Shown: positions 26,357-32,968 of the stretch, piece by piece
Numbering within the stretch: position 1 is the first letter of the stretch
Layout of the letters: each line of letters begins with the position of its first letter
Sequence record: DRR723986_4063
DNA: 32,968 nucleotides
Reading direction: 5' to 3' (one strand)
Position numbers and translations under genes: made by a program
Notes under the pieces: generated by a model
Databases searched by the model: none
What the model was told of the DNA's origin: nothing
The model's input: only the letters and a program-made list of their open reading frames with translations

Positions 26357-29300
26357 TTATCGCTTCCAGATGGTGGCATCTAGGTTCAAAATTGCTTGGC
26401 AGAGGTTTGTCAGTGCTGCAACTTCCGCGTGATCTGTCGAAGCGGCAACAGGGGATTCTCCAATGGCAATCAATGAATCCGCTGCAGATGGGTGCTCTTT
26501 GTAGTACGCAATTTCATTTTCCAGGAGAGCCTGCAGTGCTTGCTCCTCAACACCGTCCGGGCGTCGGCCAGCGAGACTCATGAAGGCATGTGCAATCCTC
26601 TTTTCGGCCGGCAACTCTAACAATCGCACGGCAAGAACGCGGGACGCTTCAATGAATTGCTCATCGTTCAACAAAACGAGGGCTTGCAGCGGTGTGTTGG
26701 TCCTCGAACGCTTGACGGTACAAACCTCTCGCGTAGTCGCATCGAACGCTAACATGTTGGGAAGCGGTGCGGTTCGTTTCCATACAGAATAGAGCGATCG
26801 ACGATACAGCGATCGACCAACAGACTGTTGATATGGTGGCGACATTCCGTTGGATTCTTTCCAAAGGTCTTTTCCTGGTTGATAGGGGGAGACCGGCGGG
26901 CCACCAATGTCTTTGTTAAGCAAGCCGGCGGCTGCGATAGCAAGGTCACGGATCTGTTCAGCGGACAAGCGGTGTGCCGGGCCACGGGATAACCAGCGGT
27001 TTGTCGGGTCAAGCTCCCGCCCTCGCGCCGTCACGGATGAGTCTTGGCGATAGGTGGCTGACAGGACTATTGATTTGCACAGTTGTTTGACATTCCAGCC
27101 GCCATCAATGAAGTCACGGGCCAGCCAGTCCAGCAAAATTGGATGTGTCGGCAAGTCACCTTGTGAACCAAAGTTTTCAGGTGTTTGCACCAGTGCTGAT
27201 GAAAAGAAGTTGCTCCAAAGGCGGTTGACTGCGACCCTTGCCGTCAATGGATGTTCTGGATTCGTTACCCAACGGGCGAGTCCGAGCCGGTTGTTGGGCG
27301 CATCGTCAGGAAGGGGGATGGGAATCGCAGACAGGGTGTGTCGGCCCACACGTGTATCAGCATTCTTGGCTGCATCGTATTCGCCGCGCAGCAGCACGTG
27401 CGCAGGACGAGGCGAGTCCAATTCATCCATGATTGGAATCTCGTTCACAGCCTCTTCTGCCATCACGAATGCCTTACGCCGGGCTGTCAATTCTCTAACT
27501 GCCTCCCGCGAAGGTCCGTCGATTGCAGATGCGAAGTAATCGAAGCTTGGTTTTTGAGCGGTCGGCCGTTCTGTTCCCGCCAGCCACTTCAGCTCCGTTG
27601 TCGTGAGTCCGCGGGCGAAGACTTGCACGTCGTCAATCAGGCCACCAGCGAAGCCACGGTCTCGAAACCGTTGACCAACGACGAACTCACCTCCATGATC
27701 GACAGCAACATTGCAGCTCTTCTTGAGCGAGTCGCGGACGACTTCAGTTTCCAGTTCCTTGCCGTTGACGAACAGCTTCAAACCTCTGGCCGACGATGAT
27801 CCGTCGTAGATGGCGGCTATTTGCAACCACTGATCTGACGGGATTGGCACTTTGCTACGAACGCTAATTGCGTTGCCTGGCCACACGCGAGCCATTCTGG
27901 ATTCCAGATGTCCATCTTGTATCGTCAAGTCCCAGCCGTTGTATCCACAGTCGGTGCCACGTGTGTGGTGGGCAATCAGGCTGCGAAGCTTAGACCGTTG
28001 TGTTTCCCGCAGGCTAACAACAACAGTCATCGGAATCCAGCGGTCAAATGGCTCGACGCCGTGCGTTGTTATACCTCGCTCGCCGTCCAGTTTCATTGCC
28101 AGTCGGCTCGGTTCGGGGCCCTCTCCGCGAAAGTCGTCCGCCTGAGGTGTGTCGAGGCGTCGAAGTGGCGAGTCGTCGACTTCGACCAATGGAGGCATGG
28201 ATGTCCAGGAACGATCCGACTGCGAAGGGTGATAGATGGCCTTGATTGAGTTGTCGAACGGCTGGTCAAAACTGAGGGCTAAGAGCCGATCGGGAACGGG
28301 GAGTTTCTCAGCGGATGAAGGCACCCAGTTCTCGTAACGCTCCATTGCTTCGGAGAGCACGCGGTCGAGTCGATGCTCAGCCTCTCGAACTGCGTTGCGG
28401 GCAGCATCGATGGCAAGCTGCTGCTCTTCCGTGGGCAACAGAAGGGAAGGGCAGGGGACCTTTTGAGTGCGATCGTAGACGCCACTTTCGTCGATTGAGT
28501 TGAAATAGGCAGACAGCGCGTAGTAATCGCGCATTGGAATTGGGTCGTACTTGTGGTCGTGGCAGCGGCAACACTCCATGGTTAACCCCAGGACAGCCGT
28601 GCCGAAGGTGTGAACACGATCGGCCACATTCTCAAGTCGCCATTCTTCGAAAACCGCGCCGCCCTCGTTGTTAAGCCGGTGAATGCGGTTAAATGCAGTT
28701 GCAACGAGTTGATCGCGAGTCGGGTTCTCGAGCAAGTCTCCCGCCAGTTGCCAGGTCAGGAAGTCGTCGTACGGCAGATTGTCATTCAGCGCCTTTACGA
28801 CCCAGTCGCGATAAGGCCATTGCGTGTTCAGTTTGTCCGATTGGTAGCCGTAGGAGTCAGCGTAGCGAGCCGCATCGAGCCAGGCTACCGCCATGTGCTC
28901 ACCGTAGGATGTTGACTCCAGCAGTCGATCGACTTGGATCTCGTACGCCCTTTCACCCCGCGACTTGATAGCGGCTTCGAAGGACTCGATTTCTTCGACG
29001 GTGGGTGGAAGTCCTGTGAGGTCCAGGGTTACGCGTCGCAGCCATCGCAGCGGTGTAGCTTCGGACGCAGGTTCAAGACCTTGTGTTTTCATGTTGGCCA
29101 GCACGAAATGATCGAGCGTCTGTTTCGCCCAAGCATCGTCAACCTTCGGAGTGGGAACTTCCTTCGGCAGCTTTTCAAATGCCCAATGCCCAGCGTATTC
29201 CGCGCCTTGTTTAATCCATCGCTCAAGCGTCCGCTTCTCACTATCACTCAGGCGAAGGTTTGATTCTGGAGGCGGCATGATCATGTCGGCATCCTCTTCG

Positions 29301-29533
29301 TGAATCCGAGACAGCAGCTCCCCTGATTCAATGGCCTCTATTGCCTCTTCCCGGATATCGAACCGCAATCCCGCTTCGCGATTGTCGCCGTCGGGTCCAT
29401 GACAAAAGTAGCATTTGTCTGACAGGATTGGCCGAACGTCGCGATTGAAATCGATCTTCTCAACTTCCGAGCCAGTTGCACTGGACGCAAACAGAAGCAA
29501 AAGAAGGGCAGGGGATATACGTAGGAATCGCAT
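26357..29533 (-). CDS. Planctomycete cytochrome c protein with DUF1549/DUF1553 domains and an inserted LamG-like domain
   Basis: DFNRDVRPILSDKCYFCHGPD; WLDAARYADS.GY; CCRCHDHKYDP; HPLTARVAVNR; NTPLQALVLLN; central beta-sandwich (W.QIAAIYDG...LFVNG...GLIDDVQVF). Confidence 0.92.
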   Translation of the reverse strand: MRFLRISPALLLLLFASSATGSEVEKIDFNRDVRPILSDKCYFCHGPDGDNREAGLRFDIREEAIEAIESGELLSRIHEEDADMIMPPPESNLRLSDSEKRTLERWIKQGAEYAGHWAFEKLPKEVPTPKVDDAWAKQTLDHFVLANMKTQGLEPASEATPLRWLRRVTLDLTGLPPTVEEIESFEAAIKSRGERAYEIQVDRLLESTSYGEHMAVAWLDAARYADSYGYQSDKLNTQWPYRDWVVKALNDNLPYDDFLTWQLAGDLLENPTRDQLVATAFNRIHRLNNEGGAVFEEWRLENVADRVHTFGTAVLGLTMECCRCHDHKYDPIPMRDYYALSAYFNSIDESGVYDRTQKVPCPSLLLPTEEQQLAIDAARNAVREAEHRLDRVLSEAMERYENWVPSSAEKLPVPDRLLALSFDQPFDNSIKAIYHPSQSDRSWTSMPPLVEVDDSPLRRLDTPQADDFRGEGPEPSRLAMKLDGERGITTHGVEPFDRWIPMTVVVSLRETQRSKLRSLIAHHTRGTDCGYNGWDLTIQDGHLESRMARVWPGNAISVRSKVPIPSDQWLQIAAIYDGSSSARGLKLFVNGKELETEVVRDSLKKSCNVAVDHGGEFVVGQRFRDRGFAGGLIDDVQVFARGLTTTELKWLAGTERPTAQKPSFDYFASAIDGPSREAVRELTARRKAFVMAEEAVNEIPIMDELDSPRPAHVLLRGEYDAAKNADTRVGRHTLSAIPIPLPDDAPNNRLGLARWVTNPEHPLTARVAVNRLWSNFFSSALVQTPENFGSQGDLPTHPILLDWLARDFIDGGWNVKQLCKSIVLSATYRQDSSVTARGRELDPTNRWLSRGPAHRLSAEQIRDLAIAAAGLLNKDIGGPPVSPYQPGKDLWKESNGMSPPYQQSVGRSLYRRSLYSVWKRTAPLPNMLAFDATTREVCTVKRSRTNTPLQALVLLNDEQFIEASRVLAVRLLELPAEKRIAHAFMSLAGRRPDGVEEQALQALLENEIAYYKEHPSAADSLIAIGESPVAASTDHAEVAALTNLCQAILNLDATIWKR

Positions 29534-29644
29534 AGGGAGTCTTACAGGCTCGTTCTATAGAATTGTTGATATTCGGGCCCTAGTTTGGTCGGTTCACCAG
29601 GAATTGTCTTGCATGAGCCAATCATAGTTGTGTAAAAAAGACGC

Positions 29645-30382
29645 ATGGTTCATACAAAGCAACAATCGCGATTCTTTGGAAAGCTGGGGCCGGATAGTCA
29701 GGCATTTGCACTTTTCGACTTCTTGCCAGGCCTCTCGTTCTTTGTGAAGGACCGTCGCGGGCGTTTCATGGCACTGAACCGAAGAGGCTGTGAGTACTGC
29801 GGCGTTGCGACCGAGGAAGAGGCGATTGGGAAAACTGATCACGACTTTTTCCCGAAATCCAGAGCTGATGAATATCGCGCTGATGATGCGGCGGTCATGG
29901 ATTCCGGAGAACCGATCGTAGACCGAATAGAAAGTGCTCCAGAGGATGAAGGGTCGCCTCGGCTGGTAGTGACAAGCAAGATTCCACTACGTGATTCCGC
30001 CGGGCGGGTCATCGGAGTCGCTGGGTTTTCCAGGCAAATTGAACGCATGCAGACTCTTGCTGGTACCGCCGAGGCCTTTGGGCAAGTAGTGACGCATCTG
30101 CATGAGAAGTACGCGGAGCGTCTTTCGACCAGCGAACTTGCTGATATGGCAGGGTTGTCGGTGAGCCATTTCGAGCGGCGATTTCGCAAGGCCTTCGGAG
30201 CCTCTCCGCGGCAGTACCTCGTTCGGATCCGAGTTGAGAATGCAGCCCGGTTGCTGCGTGAAACGGACAAAACTATTTCGCAAGTCGCTCTTGAGTGTGG
30301 TTTTTATGACCACGCCCATTTCAGTCGCAGCTTCCTCCGAATCATGCAATCGACGCCCAGCAAGTATCGCTCAAGAGCCTAA
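29645..30382 (+). CDS. AraC-family transcriptional regulator with N-terminal PAS domain
   Basis: FFVKDRRGRF...IGKTDHDFFP...KIPLRD..GRVIGVAG PAS domain; LA.MAGLSVSHFERRFRK and VALECGFYDHAHFSRSF HTH motifs. Confidence 0.93.
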   Translation: MVHTKQQSRFFGKLGPDSQAFALFDFLPGLSFFVKDRRGRFMALNRRGCEYCGVATEEEAIGKTDHDFFPKSRADEYRADDAAVMDSGEPIVDRIESAPEDEGSPRLVVTSKIPLRDSAGRVIGVAGFSRQIERMQTLAGTAEAFGQVVTHLHEKYAERLSTSELADMAGLSVSHFERRFRKAFGASPRQYLVRIRVENAARLLRETDKTISQVALECGFYDHAHFSRSFLRIMQSTPSKYRSRA

Positions 30383-30442
30383 GGGTAGACCGACAATACT
30401 GAGTGCCGTCGCGATTGCAAGATTAAGCAGCGAGCAAGCTGG

Positions 30443-32776
30443 CTATTGTTGTGAATCCAACTGAATTTGCACGGACGTTACCGTGAGGCCGGCAGTCGCA
30501 CTGAGCTGGATCACGTTATTGCGCCGGAGATTGCTTGGGTCGACGTCGATCGAAATCGGGGCAAATAGGTGCTTCATATCGGCAGCCCAGTCTGCGTCCG
30601 TATGGTAATCATGACCATTGAAAGTGAACTCTAGAGGTGTCTGTAGTCCGCCATTTCGATGGACTCCAACAATTAATCTCGCAGCGGTGACTCCTGCTGG
30701 CAAGTCGATCGGGATTTCATAGGACGTGTTATCTTCCGCCTTTACCGCGGTCTCGGTGGCATAGGCAAACGAACGTTCGAGCTTGCTCGCGATGTTGAGA
30801 GGCTCCGTCAAGTCAACAATGACGAGCGTGGTTTCTTCTACATCGACCTCGACGGAGGACAAGCTGTTTAGGTCCTTGCGGTCTTGATACTGCACACTGC
30901 CATCTCGATAGAACAGCCGTCTTTGAAAAGCAGACTGGATGTTCTCGCCTGGGATTCCTGAAAGATCCACGTGCAAGCGTTCGCCAGACATGTTGGTCAT
31001 GGCAACGTAGATCCTGCTTCCCTGGTGTAATGAGGTGACATCCAGCCATTGCCGATTGTGCTTGACTGGAAGCCTCCGGCCATCAAACTCACGCCAAAGA
31101 TCGAAGAAGTGGGTCACTGGTGTGGTTTCGTAACCTTCTATGGGGCCATTCGCTGGATGCCCCTCGCGAGGCACGAAGGCGGCGTTGCCACTGCCCGGAT
31201 TCCACGGGACGTTCAGGAACGCGAACGGAACACACAAATCGATCTCATTCGGACGCTGCAAGAATTTGTGCATGTACGCGCTGAAGGAACGCAGACGCAG
31301 CCAGTAGTCACTTGGACCGCGACCGGGTTGCAAGGATCCACACTCGGTAATCAAGATCGGCCGCACGTTGTCCGTTCCACGCATGTGAGCCTGGAGCATA
31401 TCCAAAATGGCTTCAACCCGCCCGAGCAGGTAGTTCGTGTACGTCGATTCTCGGCGATGCCAAGCACCGACCGTGGCAAAGTCTTCGTAAAAGTGGTGTG
31501 AGTAAAAATCCAAGTTGCCCTTCGTCAAATCCATAAATTCCCGTTGGCTGCGGTAGAGTCCGAAATCATTGACTTGCACCTGCATCCAGGCAGAGGATGG
31601 CCCTCCGACTTTGGTGTCAGGGGATCGGCGGTGAATCTGACCGGCAACTTGATTGTGAAAATCTGCAAGGAGATTCCACGAGTTATCTGCCCAGTGATAA
31701 TCCCACTCAGACTTGATGGTCGATTCGTTCTTGACCTCCCACCACGTCGCCGTGCGTCCACCGTCTTTGATTTGGTCGGCAACGTATGCCCCAGCTAGTT
31801 CGGCCGCGGCGTCAAAGTGCTCGACTTTGGGTGTCCCTCTTCCGACATGCGGAATCGACATGAAATCCGGCCAGTTGTCCAGGCACATGGCGTAGTCGAT
31901 TTGTCGGAAAGACTCGATCGCATCCTTCACTCTGGGCGACGCATCATACGCATCAAAGAAACTCAGGTCCGCATAGCCTTTTCGAGACTCGGACTCCTTC
32001 AGTTTAGGCTGGTTCGCGGAATAGCCTTGAACGAGCGCGTACTGCATTTTGGTGATCTGACGTCCCGGCAAGAAATTTCGCTCGTGTGCCCAACTTTCAA
32101 GCGAAGGGTGGACTCCGCCGGGCGTCGCGTAGTAGCGAAAGTACCTCTCGCGGTTCAGGTCAACATTTCCTTCGATGGATAGTTCACTTGTCGTATCGAT
32201 ATGTACCGGAACGCTCACTGCTGGTTGTTCATCGCCAAGATTACGATAGGGAAGATCGTCGAATTGCACCGGCAGTTTATTTTGCGAACTGAAAATCACC
32301 TCCGTCACGACCACTGGACCGCTGGCTTCGGCCTGTAAAACGATGCGTGGGGCGGCAGGCTTGGGCAGCGGCAGGGAGCCGATTTGCACGCGATAAAATT
32401 CTGGAGTGTGCTGGCTGTGGTGAAGTGTTGAACCTGGCTTGTAGGGCAGTAACTTTAGATCGCCAAGCCGGTCTAGATTTTCCCCCTTGAGTGCGAGATG
32501 TCGAAACATTCCAGCAACCCGTTGAGCTCCCTCGGGTAGCTCGATACTGAGCATTCCGTTCGCTTCAATGCGCTGTTTTAGGACAGAAACCTCGCTAAGA
32601 ATAGAATTGTTCGCCGTGTATTTGCAATCGCGCGACTTGACGAACGACTCGAACAGATAGTCATGCGCAGCTTTTCGTACCTGCCCCTCTTCGCTAAGCG
32701 TTTGTGAATGAGCGGTGTGCGGCAACGCCAGCAGAGTTAGCCAAAGTGCGTGGGTTGCGAATTGCATCGACTTCAT
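30443..32776 (-). CDS. Glycoside hydrolase, GH86-like beta-porphyranase/beta-agarase, secreted
   Basis: Signal peptide after ATG 32776/32767; clan GH-A pattern WEVKNES (acid/base), VGGPS, DFYSHHFYE, ILITECG (nucleophile); C-terminal beta-sandwich domains. The family assignment is by recollected similarity. Confidence 0.75.
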   Translation of the reverse strand: MKSMQFATHALWLTLLALPHTAHSQTLSEEGQVRKAAHDYLFESFVKSRDCKYTANNSILSEVSVLKQRIEANGMLSIELPEGAQRVAGMFRHLALKGENLDRLGDLKLLPYKPGSTLHHSQHTPEFYRVQIGSLPLPKPAAPRIVLQAEASGPVVVTEVIFSSQNKLPVQFDDLPYRNLGDEQPAVSVPVHIDTTSELSIEGNVDLNRERYFRYYATPGGVHPSLESWAHERNFLPGRQITKMQYALVQGYSANQPKLKESESRKGYADLSFFDAYDASPRVKDAIESFRQIDYAMCLDNWPDFMSIPHVGRGTPKVEHFDAAAELAGAYVADQIKDGGRTATWWEVKNESTIKSEWDYHWADNSWNLLADFHNQVAGQIHRRSPDTKVGGPSSAWMQVQVNDFGLYRSQREFMDLTKGNLDFYSHHFYEDFATVGAWHRRESTYTNYLLGRVEAILDMLQAHMRGTDNVRPILITECGSLQPGRGPSDYWLRLRSFSAYMHKFLQRPNEIDLCVPFAFLNVPWNPGSGNAAFVPREGHPANGPIEGYETTPVTHFFDLWREFDGRRLPVKHNRQWLDVTSLHQGSRIYVAMTNMSGERLHVDLSGIPGENIQSAFQRRLFYRDGSVQYQDRKDLNSLSSVEVDVEETTLVIVDLTEPLNIASKLERSFAYATETAVKAEDNTSYEIPIDLPAGVTAARLIVGVHRNGGLQTPLEFTFNGHDYHTDADWAADMKHLFAPISIDVDPSNLRRNNVIQLSATAGLTVTSVQIQLDSQQ

Positions 32777-32942
32777 TGCTTTGTGCACCTGTACCATTTG
32801 CGTCATACTGCTTCCAGTTCTTGGGGCTGCTAGCGTTCTCAATATGGCCCGGTGTTGAGCATGCGGCAAGACGCCGTTTGCATCCTAATCGCTGCGATGT
32901 TGTCCTTGGACGCAATGCACTGTGTGCAGCAGAGCGCCACAA

Positions 32943-32968
32943 AGTAGCAGGCACACTCCGTGTGCCGT
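32943..32968 (+). repeat. GTAG-type REP-like palindromic repeat, copy 2 (truncated by the window end)
   Basis: Identical to 2..27, same orientation. Confidence 0.8.

Noticed and set aside
2775-32776. Treating the whole window as one porphyran utilisation locus
   Set aside because: Only one glycoside hydrolase, no sugar catabolism or transport genes, and the sulfatases resemble arylsulfatase types; substrate linkage cannot be shown from sequence.

Overview
About 33 kb of bacterial chromosome, very likely from a marine planctomycete (Pirellulaceae/Rhodopirellula-like). That assignment is inferred from the DUF1501 plus DUF1549/DUF1553 cytochrome pair, the double-NTF2 plus 'mu-protocadherin-like' pair, several Cys-type sulfatases and a GH86-like enzyme. 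Both window ends carry the same 26-bp GTAG-hairpin (REP-like) direct repeat. Between them, in order: a Fur-family regulator; a small orphan gene; a mostly + strand envelope cluster (secreted HAD phosphatase fused to a META domain, two paralogous ~780-aa arylsulfatases, double NTF2/SnoaL protein, Arg-Pro-Ser repeat protein, DUF3302, a 67-aa remnant-like ORF, HlyD adaptor, OprB porin, a convergent DcaP porin, a third sulfatase, a translationally coupled MoxR-DUF58-DUF4381-VWA-VWA-TPR-BatD operon, SASA esterase); a DUF1553/DUF1501 pair divergent from a PAS-AraC regulator; and a GH86-like beta-porphyranase/agarase. I saw no tRNA, rRNA, CRISPR array, integrase or transposase. All family calls come from motif recognition by eye, not from database searches.
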